A stretch of 64,000 bases of DNA from the IMG/VR virus record IMGVR_UViG_3300006802_012847, positions 36,319-100,318 of that record, one strand, 5' to 3'. Positions 10,889 to 20,490 of the stretch are shown here, in pieces (the first letter of the stretch is position 1; each line of letters starts with the position of its first letter). This stretch comes from a virus. The notes beneath the pieces are model-generated. The model worked only from the letters and a program-made list of their open reading frames with translations. It was not told the DNA's origin and searched no databases. The position numbers and the translations under genes are program-made.

Positions 10889-11658
10889 TTACTTTATTAG
10901 ATTTATTATCAGAAGCTAAATTGCCTCAGAGTGAACAAAATATGGATTTGTATGCTCGGAAGTATAAACGTACAATAGATTATTTAAGTGGTAAAAATAA
11001 AGTATTGTTATTAACAACTAGCAATCGTCGGAGTGTACACAGAGAAGATATTCCTAAAAGTACGCAGTTGGCAATTAAAGCGCAAGAATTTTTAGGTAAA
11101 GAAAAAGTAACTTTAATTGATACTACAAAATTAAACATAGTCCCATGTGAAGGAAATGTTTCATCTAAATGGGGAAATAATTGTGGCATAAAGGATGCGT
11201 CATTAAAAGACAAAGAGAAAAACCCAACTGGAAATCATCGTTGTTGGGCTAGTATAAATAATAAAAATGATGAACTTTGGAAAATAAGTAAAGAATTATT
11301 TGAAAGTGACTGTGTTGTATTTTTTACAAGTATAAGATGGGGTCAAGCAAATGGCTTTTATCAAAAATTAATTGAAAGATTAACTTGGATAGAAAATAGA
11401 TTTCATAGTTTAAGAGAAGGAAATATTGTAAAAAATATCGATGCTGGGGTTATAGCAATTGGTCAAAACTGGAGAGGAAAACAAGTAGTAGATGTTCAAA
11501 AAGAAGTGCTAGAATTTTATGGATTTAATACTCCGAATGAGTTATACTGGAATTGGCAATATACACAAGATGCGGATGACGAAACATTAAGATCTTATAA
11601 AAAGGCAATTACTACATTCGACAAAACATTTAAACCGAATTCATATGATAAAATTTAA
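10885..11658 (+). CDS. flavodoxin-fold NAD(P)H-dependent FMN reductase / iron-sulfur flavoprotein-like protein
   Basis: KVLLLTTSNR..KSTQLA, IVPCEG..CG..RCWAS, SDCVVFFTSIRWG..QKLIERL. Confidence 0.7.
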   Translation: MITLLDLLSEAKLPQSEQNMDLYARKYKRTIDYLSGKNKVLLLTTSNRRSVHREDIPKSTQLAIKAQEFLGKEKVTLIDTTKLNIVPCEGNVSSKWGNNCGIKDASLKDKEKNPTGNHRCWASINNKNDELWKISKELFESDCVVFFTSIRWGQANGFYQKLIERLTWIENRFHSLREGNIVKNIDAGVIAIGQNWRGKQVVDVQKEVLEFYGFNTPNELYWNWQYTQDADDETLRSYKKAITTFDKTFKPNSYDKI

Positions 11659-12694
11659 TAAACTTTTAAAGAAAATTATAAAAGAAGTATTGTCAGAGGG
11701 TGGTGTAGGAGGACATATGGCCCATCCATTCGATTTTGCTTCTAATGGCAAGGAGTTAATTGATATTTTTAATAAAACAATTCTATCATTAGAAAAAGGC
11801 GACAGTGGTAGTGTTAAGATAGATGGTGTTAACTCTAGTATTAGATTAGTAGATGGTCGATTTGTTATGGATAGAGGTAGCGCCAAAGCATTTGATTTAA
11901 AAGGCATGCGTCCAGAAGATTTGCCGAATAGATTTGCTCCAGGCCATGGTTTTATAAAAATCGGAAGTAAGGTGATTAATATTTTCGACGAAGCTATTCC
12001 GTCAACTAAATCTGAACTTAAAAGTTTAGGGTTATTAGACAATCCTAATATTCTGTTGAACATAGAATATGTCGAAGGTCAAACTAATGTTGTTGGTTAT
12101 GATAACATTGGAAACTTTTTAGCAATTCATGGACTTAAAGAAATTAAACCAAGAACATTTGGAAAAGACGGATCTGTTAAAAGCAGAAGCACTGTTGAAA
12201 TTCCTTATGATAAAAATGTAATGCAATCTTATATAAATAAGTTAAACGTGGTTGCTAAAAAACATGGATTTAAAGTATTAGGAAGTGTTGATACGAAACT
12301 AAAAAGTAGACCTAAATTAAATAGTGCTTTAAATGAAAAGATTACATTTTATCCAGAAGGATTGCCCGTTACTAAAACATTAAATGAGTGGTTGAAGGAT
12401 GTTAAAATTGAAACACCGTTAATTACAAGAAAAGAGTTTTTGAATGTAACTAATAGTAAAAACTTGTCTAAAGATTTTGAGGGAAAAGATGTTAATAGAT
12501 TAATTAATGATTCTGTTGTATATCTTGCTACAGTTAAACTAGGCGATGAAATACTAAAACAAGCTACAAGTGAAATTGGAGATTTAAGTTCCCATGAAGG
12601 AATTGTTATTCGCGATCCAAGTATTTATAAAGATCCATACAAAATTACAGGTAATTTCTTAATAAGAGGCATGGGCAGTGAGTTTGGAAAATAA
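11645..12694 (+). CDS. ligase/capping-enzyme-fold nucleotidyltransferase-like protein
   Basis: Motif I-like SVKIDG, III-like LNIEYV, IV-like HEGIVIRD, V-like PYKITG; N-terminal GGVGGHMAHPFD. Confidence 0.5.
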   Translation: MIKFNKLLKKIIKEVLSEGGVGGHMAHPFDFASNGKELIDIFNKTILSLEKGDSGSVKIDGVNSSIRLVDGRFVMDRGSAKAFDLKGMRPEDLPNRFAPGHGFIKIGSKVINIFDEAIPSTKSELKSLGLLDNPNILLNIEYVEGQTNVVGYDNIGNFLAIHGLKEIKPRTFGKDGSVKSRSTVEIPYDKNVMQSYINKLNVVAKKHGFKVLGSVDTKLKSRPKLNSALNEKITFYPEGLPVTKTLNEWLKDVKIETPLITRKEFLNVTNSKNLSKDFEGKDVNRLINDSVVYLATVKLGDEILKQATSEIGDLSSHEGIVIRDPSIYKDPYKITGNFLIRGMGSEFGK

Positions 12695-12718
12695 AATAAA
12701 TACGTATTAAACAAAGTT

Positions 12719-13357
12719 ATGAAAAAAGGAAAATCTAATTTAGATATTCTTCGCAATTATGTCGAAGGAACTCGACCATTTATTCAAGTTGGCTATGATG
12801 AAAATACTGCTTTGGAAAGTAGAAAAGAGGGTGAAGAATGGGAAGATGGTAGGGGTAATAGATGGAAAAAAGAAAATGGTATCAAGAAAAAAATATCGAA
12901 GAAAGCTACAATAATTAATGAAAAGAGATGTAGGATTTGTAACTGTGATACTCGTTGGGGCAATTATTTAGATGATAGAGTTTGGCCGAAAACTCAACTT
13001 TGTTATGATTGTTTTAATGAAGAAGAAACTAGAATGAAGTTAGACGGCACTTGGGAAATATTTAATAAATTAAGAGATTTAAAAAATGGAAAATCTGCTT
13101 TATTAGATCACAAAAGTAAATTTGAACAAACTAAAAAATGGTGTGAAGAAAATAAGGGAAAGCCGTTGGAGTTTGTGAATGAAGATGGCAGTATTGAGAA
13201 GTGGGAAGGCGATACTAGCGCAGAAAAAATATTAAAAGATGTTACGTCAGATTTAGGAATACTTGAGAATAGATTGACTGAAATAAATGATCTTATTGAT
13301 GGATTAGAAAAAGAATATGAGTCAAAATCTAAGAGAAATAATAAAACAAGAATATAA
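12719..13357 (+). CDS. conserved hypothetical protein with CxxC..CxxC, upstream of terminase
   Basis: 212 aa; CRIC..LCYDC; overlaps the TerL start. Confidence 0.6.
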   Translation: MKKGKSNLDILRNYVEGTRPFIQVGYDENTALESRKEGEEWEDGRGNRWKKENGIKKKISKKATIINEKRCRICNCDTRWGNYLDDRVWPKTQLCYDCFNEEETRMKLDGTWEIFNKLRDLKNGKSALLDHKSKFEQTKKWCEENKGKPLEFVNEDGSIEKWEGDTSAEKILKDVTSDLGILENRLTEINDLIDGLEKEYESKSKRNNKTRI

Positions 13358-14165
13358 GAAGTGTGTAGAAAATCCAATATACTTCATGAAGAAGTATGTG
13401 AAGATTCAACACCCGATTAAAGGAACATGTAGTTTTGATTTATTTCCTTTTCAAGAAGAAGCATTATCTAGTTTAGTAAATAATCCACTAAACATTATCT
13501 TGAAAAGTCGTCAAATGGGTATTTCTACTCTTACAGCTGCATATAGTTTGTGGTTGATGACGTTTCACAATGATAAAAATATTCTTTGTATTAGTATTAC
13601 ACAAGAAACTGCAAAAGAAATTGTCACCAAAGTTAGATTTGCTAACGATAACCTTCCGTCATGGTTAAAAGTTCAATGTGTAGAAGATAATAGATTAAGT
13701 CTTCGTTTAAAAAATGGTTCTCAGATTAAAGCAGTATCTTCTGCTGGAACTGCTGGTCGTTCTGCCGCACTATCGCTTTTGGTAATAGATGAAGCTGCTT
13801 TTATTGATGGCATTGAAGAAATATGGTTATCTGCTCAATATACCTTATCTACTGGTGGTAGAGCAATTGTGTTGAGTACACCGAATGGAGTGGGTAATTT
13901 CTTTCATAAAACGTGGATAGGAGCAGAGTCTGGCGATAATGGATTTAAAACAATAAGACTTCCGTGGCATTTACATCCAGAACGAGATCAAGCATGGCGT
14001 GATAGACAAACAGAATTATCTGGTGTAAAAGGCGCGGCACAGGAGTGTGATTGTATATGGGGAGAATCTGTCGTCCGAGTTAAAGATAAAGATACGAATG
14101 AAGAATTTACAATTTCTTTAAAAGATTTATATAATTCGGGGTATTGTATAATTAATAATATTTAA
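13317..14165 (+). CDS. terminase large subunit, N-terminal ATPase half plus 37-aa N-intein
   Basis: LKSRQMGIST (Walker A region), LLVIDEAAF (Walker B), STPNG; ends AQECD|CIWGES...NNI*. Confidence 0.92.
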   Translation: MSQNLREIIKQEYKKCVENPIYFMKKYVKIQHPIKGTCSFDLFPFQEEALSSLVNNPLNIILKSRQMGISTLTAAYSLWLMTFHNDKNILCISITQETAKEIVTKVRFANDNLPSWLKVQCVEDNRLSLRLKNGSQIKAVSSAGTAGRSAALSLLVIDEAAFIDGIEEIWLSAQYTLSTGGRAIVLSTPNGVGNFFHKTWIGAESGDNGFKTIRLPWHLHPERDQAWRDRQTELSGVKGAAQECDCIWGESVVRVKDKDTNEEFTISLKDLYNSGYCIINNI

Positions 14166-14544
14166 TTTTTTTAAAAATACTTATATAATTTTGATATTAG
14201 AATAAAATATAATGGAATTTAAATTAAATAAAAATTTAGAGATACTTACCCCAACTGGATATAGAAATTTCCACGGTATTCGTAAATTAACAAAAGATGT
14301 TTGTTTTGAAATAAAATTTAATAATAATAAAAAATTAAAATGTTCAGAAACACATGTTTTTATCAGTGATAACAAAGAAATAAAAGCAAATGAGTTAACC
14401 GTAAAATCTTCAATTGACGGTAAAAATGGAGAATCTGTAATTGTTACAAGTATTAAAAAAATACAAGAAACTATAGATCTTTATGATATTGTAGAGGTAG
14501 ATAATGGTAATGTGTTTATTGTAGATGATATAGTTTCACACAAT
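14052..14544 (+). mobile_element. naturally split intein (IntN 14052-14162, 37 aa; IntC 14212-14544, 111 aa)
   Basis: Cys1 block A CIWGESVV; block B LKCSETH in the C part; block F LYDIVEV; terminal SHN|C; joined exteins read AQECD-CDFSTSG. Confidence 0.88.
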
Positions 14545-15399
14545 TGTGACTTCTCAACTTCTGGTAATCAAGTTGTATCTGTAGAAACATTAGAATATTA
14601 TAAAGCTACGTTTGTTGTTGATCCTATTGAGAAAAGAGGAGCAGGCGGTGATTTTTGGATATGGGAGAGACCCGATTATAGTAAAAACTATATTATAAGT
14701 GCTGACTGCGCTCGTGGTGATAGTAGTGACTATAGTGCATTTCAAATATTCGATGTTGAAAGTATGGAACAAGTGGGTGAATACAAAGGTCAAATTACCA
14801 CTAAAGATTATGGCAATATGTTAGTTGCGGTGGCCACAGAATATAATAACGCATTGTTAGTTGTAGAAAATAACAACATAGGATGGGCTACTCTCCAACA
14901 AATAATTGATAGAGATTATAAAAATACTTTCTATAGTACTCCAGATTTAAATATAATTGATGTTGAACACAGTTATACTAATAAACTCAGTCGTCAAGAT
15001 AAAAAGTTAATAGCTGGATTTACAACTACAAATAAAAATAGACCTTTGATTATCAGTAATATGGAATCGTGTTTTAGAGATAAATCTATTACAATTAAGT
15101 CTGTTAGATTATATGAAGAATTGAATGTTTTTATTTGGCATGGAGCTAAAGCAGAAGCTATGAGAGGATATAACGATGACTTAGTAATGTCCTTAAGTAT
15201 AGGCTTGTGGATTCGTGATACAGCGCTTAAACTAAGAAATGAACAAATAAGTTATACTAAGAATATGTTAAGCGGAATTAAAAAAGTAACTAGTGTAGAA
15301 ACAAGACCAGGGCCGCAAAATAAGATATTAGCATCTCCAGAAGAGTCATGGGCTATGGAAGTTAATGGGAAAAAAGAAAACTTAAACTGGTTATTGTAA
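14212..15399 (+). CDS. C-intein plus terminase large subunit nuclease half
   Basis: After HN|C: ISADCARGDSSDYSA, VVENNNIG, GFTTT, NDDLVMSL (RNase H-like terminase nuclease). Confidence 0.92.
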   Translation: MEFKLNKNLEILTPTGYRNFHGIRKLTKDVCFEIKFNNNKKLKCSETHVFISDNKEIKANELTVKSSIDGKNGESVIVTSIKKIQETIDLYDIVEVDNGNVFIVDDIVSHNCDFSTSGNQVVSVETLEYYKATFVVDPIEKRGAGGDFWIWERPDYSKNYIISADCARGDSSDYSAFQIFDVESMEQVGEYKGQITTKDYGNMLVAVATEYNNALLVVENNNIGWATLQQIIDRDYKNTFYSTPDLNIIDVEHSYTNKLSRQDKKLIAGFTTTNKNRPLIISNMESCFRDKSITIKSVRLYEELNVFIWHGAKAEAMRGYNDDLVMSLSIGLWIRDTALKLRNEQISYTKNMLSGIKKVTSVETRPGPQNKILASPEESWAMEVNGKKENLNWLL

Positions 15400-15423
15400 T
15401 ACTTATATATAAGATAATACTGT

Positions 15424-18400
15424 ATGGACGATAAATCATTTCAAGAATTAAAAAACAGATCATTATATGCTAAATTAAAAAGATTATTTAGCAATGATGT
15501 AGTTGTTCGAAATGTTGGTGGTAAAAAATTAAAAGTAATTGATACCGATGAAGTTTTTTATGCAACGGATCGTAATAGTTTAAGAGACAGATTTAATCGT
15601 CTAAGAACTACATCATATAATCAATATACCAGAGATTATAATTTATCCTATCAAAGTTCCCGTGTAGAACTATTTCGTGATTATGATTGCGTTGGACCAG
15701 ATACAGTAGTACCACTACCCGATGGAACTTTTCCCACGATCGCGGAACTTGCTGAAAAATATAAAGATAAACCTCAAGAAAGATTTTATGTATTTTCATA
15801 TGATCATGAAACAGACAGTATAAAATTAGGTAAAGCATATCATCCTCGTAAAAAGAAAGGAAAACGTCAAGGATATAAAGTAACATTTGATAATGGTCAA
15901 TATGTCATTGCCAGTCTTAAACATCCATTTATGATGCGAGATGGAACATATAAACGAACATTTGAACTTAGAGTTGGTGATTCTATAATGCCATTTTATC
16001 AAAGAGAATACGGATATAAAAAACACGGGTTTAAAAGATATCGTAGATTGTATAATTTTTCAAAAGGATGGCAATCAGAACATAAAATTGTCGCTGAACA
16101 ATTTGATAGACCTCTTAAAAAAGGAGAGGTTGTACATCATATCAATATAAATGGCGCTGATAATAGTCCAGAAAATCTTTTGATAATGGATTGGAAAGAA
16201 CACAAAAAATTTCATTCTGAATATAATAAAAATGCGTTATGGGGTAAAGAAAATTATGAGAAACAACTAAATAAGTTGAGATCACATCCGAATTATATTA
16301 ATAGAAATATTCATCATTGGAATGGGGAAAGAAAGGGAGAAAATAATCCATTTTATGGAAAAATACATACCGATGAATCAAATAAACAGAGATCAGATAC
16401 TTTAAAGGAAGTATTTAAAAATAGAAATCAAAATGGAAATAAAAATCCAAAATATAGAGATGATATAACTTTTGATAATGTTAAAGAAAAAGCATACGAA
16501 TATTATAAAGAATATTCTAAAATTAATCTTTGGGATTTTATTAAACATATACATTGTGATCACTCCACTCTTCAAAATCGTTTAAAAACAGAAGGACATG
16601 ATTGGAAATCATTCAAACAAGATGTTGAAACAACATTGAATCATAAAATTATTTCAATAGAACACATTGGCGAAGTTGATGTATACGATGTAACAGTTGA
16701 AAAATATGAAAATTTTGCAACAGATAGTTGTTTCGTCTCGAATACAATGGATATGGACCCAATTCTTGCTGCAGCATTAGACATATATGCAGATGAATGT
16801 ACTACTAGAAATGAAATGGGCGAAGTAATCACTGTTAGAAGCACTAATGATGATGTTAAATTAGTATTAAACAATTTATTCTATGACATTTTAAACATTG
16901 AATTCAACTTATGGTCGTGGATTCGTAGTTTAGTTAAATATGGTGATTTTTATTTAAGACTTTATATAAGTCCAGAGTATGGGGTTTATATGGTAGAACC
17001 ACTAAGTACTTACTATGTCACCCGTGTAGAAAATGCTCATTTAACTAATAAAAATTTTGTAAAGTTCCAAGTTAATATGCCTTATGGTAATAAGATTGAA
17101 GACCTCGAAAATTACCAAATGGCACACTTTAGACTACTAAGTGATAGTAACTTTCTGCCATACGGTAAAAGTATGTTAGAAGGCGCAAGACGTGTCTGGA
17201 AACAATTAAGTTTGATGGAGGATGCAATGTTGATTCATCGTATCATGCGTGCTCCAGAAAAACGTATTTTCAAAGTAGATATTGGTAACATCCCACCAAA
17301 TGAAGTGGACAATCACATGGAGAGAATCATTAGTCAAATGAAAAAAACTCCATATCTAGATCAAAATACTGGTGATTATAATCTTCGATTTAATTTACAA
17401 AACATGGTCGAAGACTTTTTCTTACCAGTTCGTGGTAGTGATAGTGGTACTGCTATAGATAATTTGCCAGGTCTAGAGTGGACAGGTACAGATGATATCG
17501 AATATCTACGTAATAAAATGATGGCTGCTCTTAAAATACCTAAAGCATTTTTGGGTTATGATGAAACTGTAAGCGGTAAAGCTACATTAGCAGCTGAAGA
17601 TATTCGTTTTGCTAGAACAATTCAAAGACTCCAAAGAATCGTTGTTAGTGAATTAAATAAAATAGCAGTAGTTCATTTATATAGTCAAGGATATCGTGAT
17701 GAGGCTCTTGTTGATTTTAGTTTAGAATTGACAAATCCATCTACAATCTTTGAAAAAGAAAAACTCGATGTTTGGAAAAGTAAAGTTGAAGTTAGTGAAG
17801 CTATGCAGCAAGAAAAACTGTTTAGTAAGAAATGGATTTACGAAAATGTATTTGGTATGTCTGACCAAGACATGATTACAATGCAAAAACAACTGGTTGA
17901 TGATGCTAAAGGAATGTATCGATTTAAACAGATCGAAGAAGAAGGTGATGATCCAGCATTAGCATTTTTAAAATCTAAAGACGAAGAAGGCGGAGAAGGA
18001 GCACCAGAAGAAGGTGGGGAAGAAGGGGACTTAGGAGATCTTGCTGGTGGTACTGGCGAAGAAACGCCTGAAGGTGGAGCCGAAACTGAACCAGCAGCTG
18101 GGGGTGGTGGCGAAGAAGAAACACCTACATTAACTGAAAAAACGAAATTGACTGCTCATGAACGTGAAAAAGCAGCAAAAGAAAAAGAAAAAAATCGGGA
18201 TAGAGACCAAACTGGAAGAAAAAAAGCTAATGATTATAGATTTGGCGAAGATCCATTAGGTTCTCTGGAATTAAATTCGGAACCTGATAGAAGTGTATCT
18301 CATAAATATAAAGGTAGATCTCCTTTATCGCTTGAGGGATTATCTTCTATATTAGATGAACTAGAACAACATAAATCTATGTTGAATGAGACCAAAGAAA

Positions 18401-18444
18401 AATCATCAGGGTCTTACATGGATGAAATAAATATTAAAGAATAA
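15424..18444 (+). CDS. portal protein (gp20-like) containing an intein
   Basis: LDIYADE, YGKSMLE, MEDAMLIHRIMRAPEKRIFKVDIGN, EDFFLPVRG, LKIPKAFL; acidic Gly-rich C-terminal tail. Confidence 0.93.
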   Translation: MDDKSFQELKNRSLYAKLKRLFSNDVVVRNVGGKKLKVIDTDEVFYATDRNSLRDRFNRLRTTSYNQYTRDYNLSYQSSRVELFRDYDCVGPDTVVPLPDGTFPTIAELAEKYKDKPQERFYVFSYDHETDSIKLGKAYHPRKKKGKRQGYKVTFDNGQYVIASLKHPFMMRDGTYKRTFELRVGDSIMPFYQREYGYKKHGFKRYRRLYNFSKGWQSEHKIVAEQFDRPLKKGEVVHHININGADNSPENLLIMDWKEHKKFHSEYNKNALWGKENYEKQLNKLRSHPNYINRNIHHWNGERKGENNPFYGKIHTDESNKQRSDTLKEVFKNRNQNGNKNPKYRDDITFDNVKEKAYEYYKEYSKINLWDFIKHIHCDHSTLQNRLKTEGHDWKSFKQDVETTLNHKIISIEHIGEVDVYDVTVEKYENFATDSCFVSNTMDMDPILAAALDIYADECTTRNEMGEVITVRSTNDDVKLVLNNLFYDILNIEFNLWSWIRSLVKYGDFYLRLYISPEYGVYMVEPLSTYYVTRVENAHLTNKNFVKFQVNMPYGNKIEDLENYQMAHFRLLSDSNFLPYGKSMLEGARRVWKQLSLMEDAMLIHRIMRAPEKRIFKVDIGNIPPNEVDNHMERIISQMKKTPYLDQNTGDYNLRFNLQNMVEDFFLPVRGSDSGTAIDNLPGLEWTGTDDIEYLRNKMMAALKIPKAFLGYDETVSGKATLAAEDIRFARTIQRLQRIVVSELNKIAVVHLYSQGYRDEALVDFSLELTNPSTIFEKEKLDVWKSKVEVSEAMQQEKLFSKKWIYENVFGMSDQDMITMQKQLVDDAKGMYRFKQIEEEGDDPALAFLKSKDEEGGEGAPEEGGEEGDLGDLAGGTGEETPEGGAETEPAAGGGGEEETPTLTEKTKLTAHEREKAAKEKEKNRDRDQTGRKKANDYRFGEDPLGSLELNSEPDRSVSHKYKGRSPLSLEGLSSILDELEQHKSMLNETKEKSSGSYMDEINIKE
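15688..16743 (+). mobile_element. 352-aa intein with HNH homing endonuclease and NUMOD3-like motif
   Basis: YD|CVGPDTVV start; ASLKHPF block B; VVHHININGADNSPENL..EHKKFH HNH; GENNPFYGKIHT; VYDVTVEKYENF..VSN|T end. Confidence 0.9.
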
Positions 18445-18499
18445 ACAATTACCGAAGATTTTTTATTTTTAATTATATTTATAAATAATAAAGAACTAT

Positions 18500-19375
18500 A
18501 TGCGAAAGAAAGCTAAACATTCAAAATTCAAAAACAGTGGGGTGCTGTTTGAATTGTTGACTCGTCAGATTACAGCAGATATATTGGCCGGTCGTGACGA
18601 ATCTTTTACAAAAAATTTGATGTTTCGTTATTTTAATGAACGCACCGTACTTGGAAAAGAATTTCAATTATATAATTTTATTGTAAACGAGACATCTAAA
18701 AGTGTGGAGTCTGCTGATCGTATTTTAAATGTCGTCTTACACACACGTTCTAAACTTAATGAACGTGAGTTGGAAAAACAAAAGTATAATCTTATTAAAG
18801 AAATCAAAGAAAAATATAACATCGATGAATTTCTTAAAAATAAGATTCCTAACTACAAACTTTATGCTTCTGTTTACAAGTTGTTTGAAGATCAATCTCC
18901 AGGCGAGTCAAAATTTGAAGTTAAAGAAATTATTGAGGCTAAGGAATGTGTAGTAGAAAATTTAACTAAAGAACGTCGAGTTGATGAAAAGTCTTTAGAT
19001 GTATATAGTTCTCAAACACCTGAAGTTAGATTATTAGCATATAAGTTCTTGATTGAAAACTTCAATAAGAAATATTCTTCTTTGTTATCATCTCAGAAAG
19101 ACTTATTGAAACAATATATTACAAATGTTTCAAATACAAACAAGTTTACTGATTATGTTAATAAAGAATACAAACGTGTCTCTGAATCATTAAAAGATTC
19201 GACTTCATCTATTGAAAACGATGTAATTAAAATTAAGTTAAATGAGACCGTTTCTCAACTATCTGGTAAAGTAATTACTGGTGTAGTCAAGGAAAATCAA
19301 TTATCCGCGCTTTTAAGTGCTTATGAATTGATTGAGGAAATTGATAGACTAAAAAATGAAAAGGTCTCTTCTTAA
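18500..19375 (+). CDS. conserved head-cluster protein (putative prohead core component)
   Basis: 291 aa between portal and protease; TATTTAT at 18476. Confidence 0.6.
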   Translation: MRKKAKHSKFKNSGVLFELLTRQITADILAGRDESFTKNLMFRYFNERTVLGKEFQLYNFIVNETSKSVESADRILNVVLHTRSKLNERELEKQKYNLIKEIKEKYNIDEFLKNKIPNYKLYASVYKLFEDQSPGESKFEVKEIIEAKECVVENLTKERRVDEKSLDVYSSQTPEVRLLAYKFLIENFNKKYSSLLSSQKDLLKQYITNVSNTNKFTDYVNKEYKRVSESLKDSTSSIENDVIKIKLNETVSQLSGKVITGVVKENQLSALLSAYELIEEIDRLKNEKVSS

Positions 19376-20483
19376 AGAATCTATCGATGAAATTAGAGAT
19401 ATTGTAAAAAAATATGCTCAGAGTTATCGACAGAATGAAGAAGCATGTAATGATAAATATCATACATGGTTAGATAATCACGCCGATAAACTTTCCAAAT
19501 TGTCTCCAGAGCTGGTTGATAAAATAAAATCAGCCGTATTAACTAGAATTAAAGAAGCATCTACTAGTAGTGCAGCTGGAGCCTATATGACTCCATTTGC
19601 TTTTTCAACCAGAGGGCCTGGTAATGTAAGAGCTGCCACACAATTGGGATATAGACTAGCTAAGCCTGTTAAAAGAAGTCCCAAATATGCTTTAGAAAAT
19701 CAAGTGTACAGTGAACCAGCATATGTAACACCTGCACAAGATATCGGGTTAGTATCAACTTGGGAAGATGAAAATGGTTTAATTCAACACGGAGATCCAG
19801 AAATGGACCCAGGCTTGGATGGTTACAAGCAATGTGAACTGCCTACTACAGAAACTATTGTTAAAGAAGGAATTGGAGTATCTAAATATATGACATTGGA
19901 AGCAGAAATAGAACCTGATGTGAAGGTGAAAGAAAAAGAGAAGGTGATCGTGAAAGATCCTCAACAAACTCCCACGCCTTCAGTAAATGTACAAACTTAT
20001 AATGTATTACCTGATTTCACTGCATTTGATGTTAAATTAAAAAATAGTACAGAGAAATTAAAGTTGGACTTACAGAAGAAAATCCAAGATCAAATTTTAA
20101 ATAAGAAGGTTGTTATTCGCGCCGCTAAGGGATATAAACAACCAGAAATGGATTATACTGTTAATGTAACAGGTGTTGCAATTGATTATTACTACGATAG
20201 ATACGTTATTATTGTGGTTGGCCGTGAAGAAAACAAACAAAAAGTTTCCAAATTCTTTTTGAAGCCTGGATATAAAATTAGAATATTAGGTCCTGCTGAT
20301 GTGAAACCTAAAGATAAATATCAAATTGCTAAATCACAAGCTTTAGTTGATCTAGATGCTTCTGCGATTGGAAGTGATAACGTTGTAACATCACCTGAAC
20401 CTATTGCTAAACCAAAAGAAGAACCAGTTGACCAACCTTTGGCAGAATTTACTTTTAAAAAACATTTAGATCAATTGAATTAG
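19356..20483 (+). CDS. putative internal head protein with several L/I-x-E sites
   Basis: MKRSLLKES, RIKEAS, ALENQ, IVKEG; lies in the head cluster. Confidence 0.55.
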   Translation: MKRSLLKESIDEIRDIVKKYAQSYRQNEEACNDKYHTWLDNHADKLSKLSPELVDKIKSAVLTRIKEASTSSAAGAYMTPFAFSTRGPGNVRAATQLGYRLAKPVKRSPKYALENQVYSEPAYVTPAQDIGLVSTWEDENGLIQHGDPEMDPGLDGYKQCELPTTETIVKEGIGVSKYMTLEAEIEPDVKVKEKEKVIVKDPQQTPTPSVNVQTYNVLPDFTAFDVKLKNSTEKLKLDLQKKIQDQILNKKVVIRAAKGYKQPEMDYTVNVTGVAIDYYYDRYVIIVVGREENKQKVSKFFLKPGYKIRILGPADVKPKDKYQIAKSQALVDLDASAIGSDNVVTSPEPIAKPKEEPVDQPLAEFTFKKHLDQLN

Positions 20484-20490
20484 AAATACT

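Noticed and set aside
12719-13357. Terminase small subunit call
   Set aside because: Position fits but no recognisable TerS motif was seen, so it is left as hypothetical.
14166-14211. Group I intron or ribosomal bypass in terminase
   Set aside because: The gap is only 46 nt, almost all A/T and unstructured. Both flanks carry intein motifs that explain the split.
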